This document shows, in pieces, positions 36,728-50,762 of a stretch of DNA of 64,000 nucleotides. The notes under the pieces are model-generated. The model did no database searches, was not told the DNA's origin, and saw nothing but the letters and a program-made list of their open reading frames with translations. The stretch is taken from positions 9,424,001-9,488,000 of the forward strand of contig JAWMAR010000013.1 in assembly GCA_036785375.1 (NCBI GenBank), given 5' to 3'. The position numbers and the translations under genes are program-made. Numbering within the stretch: the stretch's first letter is position 1; the number at the start of each line of letters is the position of its first letter. This stretch comes from Leucoraja ocellata (Eukaryota).

Positions 36728-37659
36728 TATATTTTCAAACCACATTAAGGGCACTGACAGGTCAGTAAAACCACTCACAATTTAGTAGACATGTGTTCAG
36801 TGGTATTCACAGCTCAGACTGAGAGATGTGACCCTCTTGCTCCCCCATCTTGCAGAGACTGACTAAGTCACTCAACACCTCTGGATTTTATAGTCCCTCC
36901 GGAAGGGTCGTAGCCTTCAGGAGAGAGAATCTCAACATTTTTTAAACACTAATAACTATTATTTTTCATCTATGCAAAAAATCCACTTGTTCTGCGCAGC
37001 GGAGGGGGGCCCTGAGTAAGATGGCCAAAAATCACAGCCGTAAGTTGCAGCGTTTTTTCTAAAATCAATATAGAGAACAACGGGAAGTGGCCAAGATCAG
37101 ACTTTTAGTAATATAGATTTATGGAAGAAAACATGGTATGTGACTCTCATTGTCATGTTCACCATTTCATATTTACCGAGTGGTGGAAAAGGTTAACTAA
37201 TTTCATTACTATAGCTAGTATTTCTGTAAATTATATAACATTATTTTAGCCTGTTTCCATTTGTATAAGACATGTTTTATATATGTGATCAGATATAAAA
37301 TCTGAATTTGACATGTGCACTATTTGCTGTATAATTCACTTCCTCCTTTCCACATATTCTCTTCATTGTGCTGGGCATACACTGTCTAGCTTGAGTCCTT
37401 GCAAAGCCAAAGGTATACTGCGACTTGTTTGCATACAGATGAAATACTGCTTCTATCAGCCATTGAAAATTAGTTAGAAATGCGTGGTTCCATTTTATTT
37501 GGAATTGAGATTGTGTTTTAATAGAGAATTGTACAGATATTGCTGTAATGTTCTGATTCAAAATAAGGAATTAAAAAAGAACTATTTAAAACTGCCAGCC
37601 TGTTTGCACACGTGCAAAATGAAAGTTACTTTTTGCAACACCTCTACACATACAGGAGG

Positions 37660-37945
37660 TTTTAATTTACTTTAGACTTGAAAGATACAGCATGTACCAG
37701 GCTCTTCGGCCCACCGAGTCCACGCTGTCTAGCGATCAGTCTGTACACTAGTACTACCCTGCACACTAGGGGGACTATTTACAATTTTACTGAAGCCAAT
37801 TAACCTACAAACCTACACATCTTTGGAGTGTGGGAGGAAACCTGAGCACCTGGGGAAAACCCATGCAGTCATAGGGAGAATATACAAACTCCGTACAGAC
37901 AGCACCCTTAGTCAGGATTGAACCCCGGTTTCTGGCGTTGTATGG
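37660..37945 (-). mobile_element. HE1-type SINE
   Basis: 'gatacagcatg..cttcggcccaccgagtcc...tctttggagtgtgggaggaaacc...caaactccgtacagacagc...caggattgaaccc'. Confidence 0.9.
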
Positions 37946-39919
37946 TGTCGGGCCAAAGTGGCAATTCTGTAAAATTGGATGGGATGATTTGAATTGTTGA
38001 AATGTATTTATAAATAGGCTAATATATTTTTGTCATGTGTCTTATCTGCCATTATTGGACTTGAAAAAAAAATGATTTTACAAATATGAACACCTTATTT
38101 TGCAGCTGCTGGCTTCAGTGGTGTGCTCCCCCTAGGAATTCCCAATGTTAAGAATTCCCCACTTCAAGATCTAACAAACTAGTGACATGGAGCAATATCT
38201 GTGTGCACAAAAGATTGAATTGTGCTTTACAGCATGCTGTTTTCTTTTGTACCCTTGGAATCCGTTGTGCACCCAGATGTGTGTAATAATGCCATTGGAC
38301 TGCTCACTTTCTAACATGCGTGCTCTGTAGGTGCTGTGGATCACCGATACAGCACAATTGTGGTCTGCTTTAGCTTACGTTAAATGTGGCCAGCTCTGTC
38401 ATTGAAGCCAACACAGGGCAGAGATTCTTTAAACAAAATACTTACTCCTCATGGTGGATTTTCTTGGAATCGCTCAACTACCACATTCTCTTTCTCCTAC
38501 CAAGTTTCAGTTCCAACCAAATGTTGCATTCTACCCAACAACCTCATCTAATCCGCTGCTCTGATTTCTTCCACACTCTGTCCAGACCAGTGACCAATCT
38601 GTTTTCCTTTGTACATTCCACAGCGGTGAAGCACGTTAATTGTGTATGGCTTAGAACTTGTATATTATAGAATTTTGTGGCAGTAGGCTATGAAAAAAAA
38701 TAGATGCCATTTAAGTGCATTCATGATTTACTGCCTCTTTCTAGGCACCAAAGGTTGCTGTGTTTTCACACATGTTTTCTTGCGAGTAGAACATCTGCTT
38801 CAGTTTGTGTTTAAGGGGTTAATGGTGCAGCATTTGTAAAGTGAACTTTTGGCCTCTGTTTTGCCCCCTTGGTGGGGGTGAATTCCTTGAATATTTGCGG
38901 TATCAAGTCATCTTAATGTTATGGGGAGCAGCATTTTTTTTGCAGCAAGTTATTTGTATAAGGCTTCTGCACTTTATATATCTTCATTTTAAAAATAATG
39001 ACCATTTCAAAATTTGTAACAGGATTTTTGATCAATTAATTTCTTTGGTGGTAGTGATTTACTTGTTCCTTTTAAATAATAAAGGCTACCTGCTAAATAA
39101 AATAGCACAAAACATCCAAAGTTATGCAATTAATATCTACGCTATGTAATTGTCATATTTGGTGTCTGAATTTTCAGCTCTGCAGTTGCAAGTATCAAAC
39201 ATTTTCGTACCAATTTCCCCTTCCTACACTCTTTAATTTGAGTTTTTCGCTTGTTCATCACTTACAAAATGAACTATTGCAATAGCAACACTTTTATTTT
39301 AAAACCTCATATTTTTCAGCTTGAACAATAAATATATTTCTCCTGTAGATTGTTTAGAAAATGTATGACATTTGGTTCCATTCGTAAGGATGAGTGGGAT
39401 GCCTTCTTTGTCCAGTCGACCAGCTGAGCACACTGCCATTTTCCTTTGTTACTGCCTGGATAAAATGGGGGGAAACTGCAGGATCTTAAAACTCAATGTG
39501 GAAATAAGAGACTTTGTTGCCTTTTATTAGAAAGATCAAATGCAATCATCATAAATTTCTTCTTTTATGTTATAGGCATTTGCTGCCTTTAAAGAAGGGC
39601 CAAAATGAATTAACAGTCACCTGACTCGTGCATTGACTCATCCAGAATAGCAAGATCATCTCAGCATGGATAATGTGCGTTTAATTACCTGTGGATGTGG
39701 GACAAACCCTTGCGCTGTAATCTTTCATTTAACTTTTTATTGTAATTACGCACAACCCATTACATTAAATAACCACATGTGAATACTATTCTGTTGATTG
39801 ACTGACATAAACAAATGCAAACTCCTGTGTTTGGGTTCTTGGAGGCAACATCTGAGCACAAAAGATTTGAAAAATAGTTGTTAACTTTCCTGCTAATTGG
39901 TTTATATTCTGAAGATGTT

Positions 39920-40350
39920 AAATTGTAGAATATTGTGACATTTTCAGCACAAAAGGGACCCAGTCAGCCCATCCCAACCGTGCCACCCAAAAGAAGAGTT
40001 CATGACCTTCTATGGTTGTTCAGATGATCGTCCGTGTACATTAAATGTGATGAGGATTTCTTCCTCTGCCGCGTTATTAGGTATTGTTCCAGGTCCCTAC
40101 CTTCTCCGTTCTAATGATTAACTTAAATTTATGCCCTCTTGGTACTACCCATTTTGCTATGTTAATTGATTACTTCCTGCATAAAAATCTATCTCTTATG
40201 ATTTTATTCTCCTCAGTTAAATTTCCCTTCAATCTCCTCTGTTTCAAAGCTCGCAACTCGGGCTAGTTAATGTTTTCCCTAAAACATAAATGTTCCAGTC
40301 TCAGCAACATCCTTGTATATATCCACAGTACCCTCTATCACCACTTTCTT
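39920..40350 (-). mobile_element. Old CR1 3' fragment
   Basis: 'ttaaatttatgccctcttgg', 'aatctcctctgtttcaaag', 'cagcaacatccttgtata'. Confidence 0.65.
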
Positions 40351-40397
40351 GTGACATCCATTGATACCTTTCTTCCTCATTAGTGCACATTATTTGA

Positions 40398-41112
40398 AGA
40401 TAGACAAAAATGCTGGAAAAACTCAGTGGATGAGGCAGCATCTATAGAGAGAAGGAATAGGTGACATTTTGGGTCGAGACCCTTCTTCAGACTGACGTCG
40501 GGGGGGTGGGGAAAAAGAAAGGAAGAGGCAGAGACAGTGGGCTTGTGGGAGAGCTGGGAAAGGGAGGGGGAGAAAGCAAGGACTACCTGAAATTGGAGAA
40601 GTCAATGTTCATACCGCTGGGGTGTAAACTACACAAGCAAAATATAAGGTGCTGTTCCTCCAATTTGCACTGGGCCTCACTCTGGCATTGGCGGAGCCCC
40701 AGGACAGAAAGGTCGAATTTGGAATGGAAGGGGGAGTTGAAGTGCTGAGCCACCGGGGTGATCAGGTAGGTTATTGCGAACTGAGTGGAGGTGTTGGGCG
40801 AAGCGATCGCCAAGCCTGCGCCTGGTCTCACTGATGTAGAGAAGTTGACACCCGGAACAGCGGATGCATTAGATGAGGTTGGAGGAGGTGCAGGTGAACC
40901 TCTGCCTCACCTGGAAAGACTGCTTGGGTCCTTGGATGGAGTCGAGGGGGGAGGTAAAGCGACAAGTGTAGCATTTCCTGCTGTTGCAAGGCAAAGTACC
41001 AGGGAAGGGGGTGGTTTGGGTGGGAAGAGACAAATTGACCAGGGAGTTACGGAGGGAGCGGTCTCTGCGGAAAGCAGATAGAGGAGGAGATGGGAAGATG
41101 TAGCCAGTGGTG
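40398..41112 (-). mobile_element. Penelope-like element 3' part: GIY-YIG endonuclease remnant, 3' UTR and pLTR
   Basis: PCNSRKCYTC...RQRFTCTSSNLI*CIRCSGCQLLYISET (decayed NLIY..LYIGET), then VAQHFNS..LEEQHLIF.L.SLHPSGMNIDF*. The pLTR at 40398-40495 carries a CpG-decayed hammerhead motif at 40463-40490. Confidence 0.92.
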
Positions 41113-42739
41113 AATGTCATTTCCAGTGGGCCACAACAAACTGTTCAACTGCAGGGGCTTTGACACTTTGTTTGATCTTGTCCCCTTGTATCCAAACATA
41201 TTCGGTTCCAGCATAGAGCAGGAAGTCTGGCTGTTTTCACCCAGAGTGCAAGAACAATTGGGTCACTGATTGAGATCAGCTAATTTAATACAGGGGATAA
41301 TGTGGGTTTATCAAGCCTGTATTATTAGGTGGGCAGGAAATTATTGATTTTTTTACAACCATTACACTTTAAAACCTGTCTGAAAAGCAATTTGTTTGAA
41401 TTTACCCTTATGAATAAATAGTGAGCAGATAAAAATAAATTAAAAATGCCAGAAACACTTTCCATACCACGCAACAGCTGTGGAAAGGGAAACAGTTAAC
41501 ATTTCAGTGCAGGATCCTTCATAAGAATTGGGTGAATGACCTAAATAGATGCAGCTTGCGGCAAAAGAAATGATGCTTTTACCTATAGAAGAACGAGAAG
41601 TTTCACAAGTAATCAAGTCAGAGTCATCGGAAATGAACAGAAGAAAATGTACTGATAAAAATGGAAAAGGAGAAGTCAATTTTTTGCAAGAAACCTGATA
41701 TTTTATGTACACAAGATGCCTGCTTTTCGTTAATTTTATGCCCTTTAAAATATGCAGATCTGCATATTTCATTTTGTGCTGATGAGTAGAAATTGGAATT
41801 TACCTTTTGGCATTAGACGTAGGCATTGCTTAGGACAGGAGAATAAAGGAGATTACTTTTTTCTGGTTAGAGGCAGAGCCCAGATGTAGCCACGCCTGTT
41901 GTGATGGTGGAGCCTCAAGAGGCCTCGTGCCAAATGTTTCCCCAAGATACTTGAAGTATGGACCAGTGCTGCAACATGTTGCACTGTGGTGTTAAATATA
42001 AAGATGTTTACATTCTTATCAGCACTGGCTGTGGTAATAGATGGAGCGCACAAATGTCTGGCAGAGGTTGTGGGCAGAATGTGGAATTCACAATGGGAAC
42101 CCATTAATTTGTGTCTTTTGCGTATCTTGCTCCAAAGGATTTGCTCCTTTTTTAATGATATGAGTGCGAAGCAGATCGGAACTGTAACAACTGCTTTTTC
42201 TGAGTAAATATGGAAATAGCTGCTTTGCACTAAAATATGTTATTAGATATCCACTTTATCCTGGGAGCATGTCAGACATGTTAAAGTGATTTGCCTGGAA
42301 GCATGCAGGTCAATTTTCAGAAGGCTGCTAACTAACTTGGATATGATTGGTAGTAAACTCTACTGTGTGCAAAATGGCCTTGAGCACAAATCCTGCATAA
42401 AAATCTGCACAAATGGATCTAATTTTTTGGTGTATGTATTTCTATCCCTGCACACTTGTTTCATTCGATAGTTAGTAGCAAGCATTGGCTCTTTTATGAA
42501 TCTTTTGTCCAATTTTTTTTTAATGTGTAAATATCTTTTAGAGTTTCAGCATGAAGTATAAACTAATACTCGTGCAGCACTAACAGATTTGATTTGTTGC
42601 TTGGGTCCTTGAGAGTTCCAAATGATAAATTTTGGATCTCGGGAAAAAAAAAGTAAATGGGGTTGAAGACATTGTTTAAAGTGCGGACAAGTTCACCTAG
42701 TTGAATGTGTGTATTTTTGGTGGGCAACTGATTGGTTCT

Positions 42740-43950
42740 CTGGTTCAACAAAAAAGTGGAGGACCCTCAGACCTTTTTGATGTGAGGCGGTAAAGAGAGA
42801 GTGCATGTTTTTGGTAAAGATTAGCTGGTTGGGACCAGGGAATTGGAAACTGTTAAAGTGGCAAAGGGCATCTGAAAGTTTGGTGTTATGTAAATGGAAC
42901 GAGTTCCATGGACTAGGGGAGACCACGATGGAGTCAAGGTAAGAGTAGGATGTTTATGGATCTTGAGTAGGAGCCAGCAGTGCCCGGTGTTTTGTACACT
43001 GTTGTGGGAGGCTGAGGCAGCACAAGACTGGATGCAGTGAAGGGATGATTTATCTAGGAAATTAGGTCCGTAACTCTTGGAGGCAATGATCTGATGTTCA
43101 ATGGTTGGGCATGATGAGAGTGAGATATGAATGTGTCTGCGAACTGATATTTGGCCACGGCAACCTTGAGGTCAGTTCACCAGACTACAACAGTAGTCCC
43201 TGTTGGAAGGTTTACAATGATATCAGGGCTGGTTGTTTGTGAGCAGAGCCGTGTAAATTGAAAGAGAATAGGTTAGAGTGAGTGAGGGGAGTGGAAAATC
43301 ATGGCAGTCAATGTCCCATCTGCAGTTCACAAGGAGTAGATCTAGAGAGGGTACGAAGTCAGAGGGAGAGATCCACGTGAATCAGGAAGTCTGGAGACAA
43401 GAAAAGAGTCTGCAGTCTCGGGTGAAACTCCTGGTCAAAGAAATGCGTTTGAAGGTGGCGGAAGAAGAATCCTCAGATTTAATTGAAGTAAGTTTGTAGA
43501 GGAATGCAGCTGAGGCCTCTTGGCGACTGATGTTTGGGGATCAGAAATGGGACCATTGGAAGGGAAGGGGAAAACACACAGGTGGAACTGGAGGGAGAGA
43601 TGAGAAAGCTGAAAGGTCCGGAGGGATATTGGAGGTGTATTGGAATTTATAAGATGTTCAAGTTTGACATTTTTAAAGCCAGAAAAGAAAGAAAAGAAAT
43701 TGTCTGCTACAGCTGACTGAAGAGATTGTGGACCACAACAGCTTTAGGCAGCATGAGTAAGAGTAGTTGACAGGTCAAGAGAGTGCATGGATTAAATGTG
43801 GATCTTGGTATACGATGAGAGCAATGCCTTGAGAAATGATGGCAGATTCCTGGGATCCTGGATGAGTAAATAGTGAAGGGTGGAATTTGAGTTAAAATCC
43901 ACATGGGGCTAGTTGGAGACATTTGCTAATGAAAGAAATATGCACGTGGG
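42740..43950 (-). mobile_element. Probable very old L2 fragment
   Basis: Purine-rich + strand typical of antisense L2; residual 'ctcttgacctgtca' (LDLS) on the minus strand near 43770. Confidence 0.45.
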
Positions 43951-44699
43951 TTTTGGTCAAAGTCTTAGTGAAAACTGGAAGAACAATAGAAACCACTGAG
44001 GATGAACTACACAACCAAAAGGGCAAAACTCTTGTCAGAGTATGCAGGAGAACTTCCAGTTGTCATTGCTGGAAGATAAATTGTCATTCCTGGCAGTGAA
44101 TTAAATAGTAAATAAAAAAACAAGATACATGGAATCTAAAATAAAACATAAAATACTAGAAATAGTTGGTAGGGCAGGCAGAATCTGTGGAAAGAGAAAC
44201 AGAGTTAAAGTTTCAAGTCTAAGACCCTTTGTTAGAAATAGGAAAGAGAGAAAACAAGTTAGTATTAAGTTTTAGATAAAGTGGGAAAGGGATGTTTTGA
44301 CCCAAATTTTCTCCCACTGGTTTTATTCGCTGCTGTTCTTCATACGGTTTTTGAAGAAACAATATATATTACACTTTGCCTGTATTATCATCTGTTAACC
44401 ACCCCATTTAACCCATTTTACCAGAGGTTTGCACACTTTATTGCACAATAACCCTGGCCTCGCTATCACAGATATTTTCTTTATCTTATCGATCCCTGGA
44501 ATTGCAGTGATGAAAAATCCGAGCTGATACAGCTGAAATGTGTTGCTGCATGTGATTATCTCTATATATTTTTTTTCTCTTATTTTTCAAAACCTAAATG
44601 AATCTTGTATTTCAGAATCCTTTATTTTGCTCATGTGAACAAAGATTGTGTGACTGTCCAACTTCAGGTTGGACACTAGAAGTTTATACCACACCCGTG

Positions 44700-45760
44700 G
44701 GATAGTGGGAATTTAGCTTTTTTGCGCCCTGTGCATTGGAGGTAAATTTTGACCTTTTTCGGAAGATGTATTTGGTGGAGATGAGAAAATTTATAAGAAG
44801 TGTTGCAATTGAGAATGATGTAATAAACTTGCAAAGAATAATAGGAATAAATAGGCAGCTGAATTTGTGAAAGGAAAATGGTGTCATTAATTTATTGGAA
44901 TTCTTTGAGGTTGTGATTGATAAAATGTATAACTGAGAACCAATGTACATGGATCTTCTGAATACTTTTGATAAGGACCTATGCAAGAGTTTGTTTTAAA
45001 AGGAATAGGGGCTAATGGACAGTGTGAATTGGTAAAAAGTGTGAATAAATGTGCCTTCATCATTTTCCCTGGGAATTTTGTTTGGGACCCCAGTTATTCA
45101 TAATCTATTTCACCAGTTTGACTAATGGAACAAAATACCTAAGTTTGCAGTTGAGTCAAATAGGCAGGAATTTGAGTGGGAGAAAGACTTGAGTGGGAGA
45201 AATGGCTTCAAACTGGGTGAGTAAGCAAGATTATGGCAATTGGAATACAATGTGGAAAGGTTTTGAGGTCAGCACTTTGGTGTGCACAAGATAGAAAAGC
45301 AGAGTATGGTGAGAAATTGTTGATGTTCACAGGGACCTGGTTGTCCTTGTGGACAAGTCAATGAAAGTTAACATGCAGCGAAGCAAGCAGTTAGTAGTGC
45401 AAATGGTATGCTGCTTTATATTATGAGAGGATGGGCACAGAGAAGTAAAGCTCCCCATTCAAAAAATAATCTGTAATAATACTATGGGACATCATATAAA
45501 AACTAATTCAAGTGTGTTCGGGAACATAAAATATGCTTGAAACTCCACCAGTCTGATACAACCAAAATCCCGTGTGTGCTGGATTATTGACGTTTCCCTG
45601 TTTTATGGGAAGAGAGGAATATCAGTTTAGTGCAGGGGAATGAGAATAGTGCAGGATAATGGTGCTGTGGTTGATAATCACGTGATCTTGTTAAATGGTG
45701 GAACAAGTTCGAAGAGCTAGATGGCCTAGATAGCTAGATTACTCATGATTGTTAGGGTGC
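44700..45760 (+). mobile_element. Old CR1 RT fragment and 3' end
   Basis: INLLEFFEVV, MYMDLLNTFDK, PKFAV, WQLEYNV and ANGML remnants. Confidence 0.8.
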
Positions 45761-48700
45761 TATGTATGTCCTGTGCTCTGATTCAGTAGTCACTGACTTT
45801 GTGAGTGATCTCTTCTGAACACCTTGGTTCCAAGTAAAGTTGCTCCATAATTTACACCCAGCTTTCCTTTATCGTACTATCTAAAATATTGAAAATGATT
45901 GTTGCAGATTACAAATTGCAGACATTACCCTCTGCTGCAGATCATTAACTGATTTTAAAATTACAGGCTGCCTCAAAGGTGCAATCTGAAAGTAACAAGT
46001 ACATTGTAATTTACTAGGTTCTTAACTGAATAGCAATTAAACTCTGGGTGACTTAACATTACTTAGTTGCATCAGATGGACGTTATGACATATGTCTGAG
46101 AAATTTTATAAGTACAATGCTATCACCCTGACTTTACAACTGATAGTTGATCTGCATTAATTGTCATTTGCTGTTCAGAAATTCCAGTTTTTAGCTAGTC
46201 TGCGCGGAAATATTTCCGAATTTCACTTCTGAAAGTACTGTCGCTAATTTTTACCTTGTCTCAAGTTGTAGATCCACGGTTTGTAGAAACAGCTTTTTTT
46301 CATCCATCTTGTTTCCAGGATATCTTGAACTTGAATTGTGTCACCCTTTAACTATCTGAAATACAGCACCCACAACCTATAGTTTCTGTTACCTTACCTA
46401 CTAATCTAACCATGTAAACTAGTACATTTATGTCACAATCCCTCCCAGGGGAAAATATCCTTATTATATGTGGCGGCCCAGACTGCTTTAGTGTTACACG
46501 TATGCTCTTATCTGGGCTTTACATAGCTGTAGGGTATAAATGAATTAGTGGTATTATTTCCACATAAATTCCCCATCTCTTACAAATATTTTGTTTCTAA
46601 AAGTGCTTGCACTTGTTGTCTCAAAGAGCATGTTTAGTGAGTACTATAATCACACTGAGAGACATCCATTCAACACTTCTTCTTCGTCTTATCGAGTCCA
46701 CACACAAGATTAGAAATTGTTCAGCCAGAGCTGAACACACTTCTCGGCATCTGCATACAATGGTGTCTGTCTTGCGCTTCTTGTGCGTGGTGGTGGAAAG
46801 ATTGGTGTCTGCGACGTGAACACTCTTTCCTTGACCCCCCATTCAGCACTGAAACACCAGCAGTTCTTTATTGGGGACATGTATCAACGTTGGGTGTGGA
46901 ATGGATTCCAATTGTGGCTGTTACTTCACTGTTGAGTTTTATACTCTGGATTTGCTTTTATACTCTGGATTTGCTTTCAAGCCTACAACATGAACTTTGG
47001 TCACTTCAGAGAGACACGGCAGAATACTTAGCACTATGGAACATAGCCTCAAGCCGAATCACTTGGATGTTTGCATGGGCATCTCATCAGCTGCATATAT
47101 TCAGTGGAAATTCTCTTGATTGCGCAGTCAATTTGAATTTTCCGTCAAACGTCTGGCTGCCAATCAAGATAGTCCCAAGAGAAATATCTGGTCCTATTTT
47201 CAGAAGAAGAGGACAACATTTTGCAAAGTGTGAAGTATTATTTCCGCTTAATATAAAGTTTGCTTCCTCCTTCACACCTTAAAATTCACAGTAACTGTTT
47301 AAACAAGTATTCCTGCTGGTGATTCTTAGGACAGTGTTTCAAATCGACCTCATTGTTACAATGATGTTATATACTCCCTTGGATGTATTGTGGTCTGTAA
47401 CCTGTTCCCATGCATATAATATGAGTGAATGATCACTTTGTATATATTATGTGATTGAGTTATATTTTTAGACAAGACTTTGCATTTAATCATCTTGCAA
47501 GAGAGAGAAGGGGGAAAGGAATTGATGCGGGCTCTTTATGTGGCATCAAAGCCGATCTGTGACAAGCTGATTTTCCACCCTGTTGTGTTGCTGCTTGCTG
47601 TAGTTAATATTCAGCTGTAAATGTCTTGGAGAAGTAAACCAAAAGGCCCTGCACATGACACTAGAGTGCATTTCCATTAATTATGCAGTCAGTACTGGTG
47701 AGAAAATGCTGTCTTAGAAAGCCGATAAATGAGATCTCTTAAATAGAGCTGAATGAAGAACATACAACAACATGAAGTGAACGTGTGAAGGGCATGGTGG
47801 ACACTTTTGCTGATTGTTTTTAGTTATTGTATATTTATCTGATACTATGAGAATGCTTAAAGGAGAAGCAGTCTCAGAAATGTTCTAATGTTCAGGCACC
47901 CTGATATAAAGTGTATATACTGTGGAGAGAACATTGGGCATGCAATTAAAGGTTCTGCAACATAGCAGTTTAACGAATATAATATTAGCAATTTTATGAC
48001 TCAATTTGTTCTTTCAATTATTTCAAGCAAAGTGATGCTGATTTAGAAATACATGCGCATTTCATGTGTGTGTTTGTGTCTGTCTCCACACAAATTAAGT
48101 GCATGAATGCAACTAGAACTGTATGATTCATAATATCTGCATGGCTTTCTGATGTTTTTTTGTGCTGATTTACAACTTCTAACCCCTCGCAAAGAACTGA
48201 CTAGTGCCCTATTTTGAAGGGCTCACTGGCATCGGTTGCTCTTTGGCCATTATTTATGTGTGCCTGACCATGCCCCAGCAAGCTCTCGAGCTGCACGTGG
48301 CGTTACAGTTAAAGCTGTGCTCCACCTCACCTGATGTTCACATATTTGCACTTCCCCAGCAGACGTTAATTAACAGCAATGAGTGGGATCAATGGGTAAT
48401 TTTCCGTTTTGGTCCGAGATTCAGTACTGCCCGACTGTCACTGCAGCTGAGATTTGTCAATGCAGCAAGGACTGGACTTTGCAGTTGGCACCTTTTCTGT
48501 GTGACTCAGATTTTAATATGTGAACTTACTGATCTATCAGAGAAGCCCATGTATTAGAATAACTGTTTTGCTGATTATCCAGTGGCTTTACTCCGTGAAC
48601 AGCTGAGCATTACAGTTCAAGAAGGTCAGGAATTTCACCTCTTTTATGTTCTGTGTTGACTGATTTCACCCAGAGTGCCTGCAGGAGTAATACCACTGGG

Positions 48701-50456
48701 AATAGAGAAGGAAAGACTGTCTCTGCCTGAGGAGTCAGACCATAATATCTTCAGAAGTGAGGAAGGCAGAGAAAATTGATGCAAAAACATAATCTCTTGT
48801 TAATAATGCTATCAGAGCACTTTAATGAGCAAAATAATAAGCAGTTACATCACAGTAGGCCCCACTTTAAAGTACAGTATGTGGGCTCCAAGAATATTTC
48901 ACACGTATGATTTGAAGCAATTTTAGCCTCGCATTTCATCTTCAGTCTGCGTTATTTCTTTAAAAATGCACAACCGCCTGCAGTCCTCTTCAATATTTAA
49001 TTCAACAACTTTTTAATCTGTCATTACTCCATGATGAAGTAAGCATCAAGTGTCACAAAAGAAGATTAAATTATACTTGGAAATGGGAATTGAAATGATT
49101 TAGTGGTTTGTGGTTGAATATTTGTTTTGCTCAAGCAATAATGGTAGTTTGGGAGAAAGGGGGGGTTCTTAGTGTTTATAAACCTGCACAGAACTGTGCG
49201 TTGCTCCCTTGTGGCTGGCTTTCATTTATATGAGTGCAACAGCCTTTCTTATTTAAATAGAAGTTGAATGTTGAAACAAGTACGGTACATTGCATTAATA
49301 GTGCAGACATTTTCCTCAGCTGTTGTGAATTCAGTAACCATTAAATTTAATGGTAAAAATTGCAGTCATTTACATGCTATCTCAGGCTTTTTCTATTATT
49401 GCAGTTCAATTTTCCAGGGTGCTTAAAAAAAAAATAGTTCCAAAAGCCTTGATGGAGAAACAATAGTTTATTGAAAAATAAGTTGCTTATTTTTGTTCTC
49501 CTTGCCTTTTCACACAATAATTGCATGCATTGCTTCTTCACTGGCACATTGAGATAGAACAACGTTACAGCATATTGCTTCCACAGAAATCTCTGGTGTT
49601 GGTTTGCATCCATTGATATGTTGCCTCAGTGGGGAACAGATTCCCGGAAGGAATGGCAACCATTCTGGATTGCTCTTGGGCATCTCCCAGTGGTTGCTTT
49701 CATATCTGCATTTGCAGAGCTTCGAGGCTTCTGCTACTTTCTCCACTTGCAACATCGGGAAGAATTAGGGAAAAGGAAAACCAAATTATTTGACAAAATA
49801 ATTTTCCTTGTGCACTTTTCCTGCCCACATCTCTCATGCTGCAAATATAAACCCCCCCGTAACACTGATCTTGACATAATCATATTTGATGCATTGAGAG
49901 GTGTAAACATTATGTATTATTGTAATCTTATTAAACAAAGTAGCCATTAGTTCCATCATTTATGTTTTCTGGTGTCATCTGTTTGTTGTTTCCTTAGCAT
50001 AAATGAACCAATCTAAAAATAGGAATTTGTTTCAGTGATGATTAAAAGCTGCTTCTTAGAGATTCCTCTGATCCCTTTGAGAAGATTTACAAGGATGAAG
50101 GTTACCAGGCCATTGAGACTTGCTATCAAATGTAGGTAACATTGACTTAATCCATTGAATGTAAACAGGTAACTCCATATGCTAACCTTTTTTTGGTTGA
50201 TTTGAAATCATCTATTTTCTTGTTAATGCTTTTTAGACTGCATTGGGAGCTGTCTATCGATTGCCTGCCTTCAGACCATTTTTAAAACTGTTTCTAAGTT
50301 GACAATGACAGGGAACTTAAAAATAATTTGGGAGATTCTTCCCCTTAAAATGGCATCTGTCTTCTTGCTTAGTGCTTCTCTGCACTAACGTGACTAAAAT
50401 TAGGAACTCAGCATTGTGATAAGAAATAACTTTAGTTAAAAATTGTGCAATTGTCG

Positions 50457-50762
50457 TGGGTGGCACAGTGATAAAGTTGCTGCCTTACAGCATTTGCAGC
50501 GCCGGAGACCCTGGTTTGACCCCGGCTACGGACGCTGTCTGTACGTAGTTTGTACTTTCTCCCCATGACCATCATGGATTTTCTCCAAGATCTTTGGCTT
50601 CCTCCCACACTCCAAAGACGTAGAGGCATGTAGGTAAATTGGCTTGGTATAATTGTAAATTTCCCCTAGCGAATGTAGTGTTAGTTTGTGGGGATCGCCG
50701 GTCGACGCAGTCCCGGTGGGCCAAAGGGCCTGTTTACACGTTGTAACTCTAAACTAAACTAA
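50457..50762 (+). mobile_element. HE1-type SINE
   Basis: tRNA-like head, V-domain, and 'gggccaaagggcctgttt' plus (ctaaa)n tail. Confidence 0.9.

Larger units (their letters stand above)
35876..37117 (-). mobile_element. Complete composite non-autonomous Helitron
   Basis: Minus strand A|TCTATATTACTAAAAG...CTAG|T with no TSD. Perfect hairpin GGGACCC-gtt-GGGTCCC (35887-35903) lies 7 nt from CTAG. Confidence 0.88.

Noticed and set aside
39349-39390. Possible 35-nt exon (ctcctgtag|...|gtaagg)
   Set aside because: Two frames contain stops, the third (LFRKCMTFGSI) is unrecognised, and the signals are only moderate.
46937-46974. 19-bp tandem duplication (similar ones at ~45172 and ~61939)
   Set aside because: Ordinary slippage duplications with no further structure.
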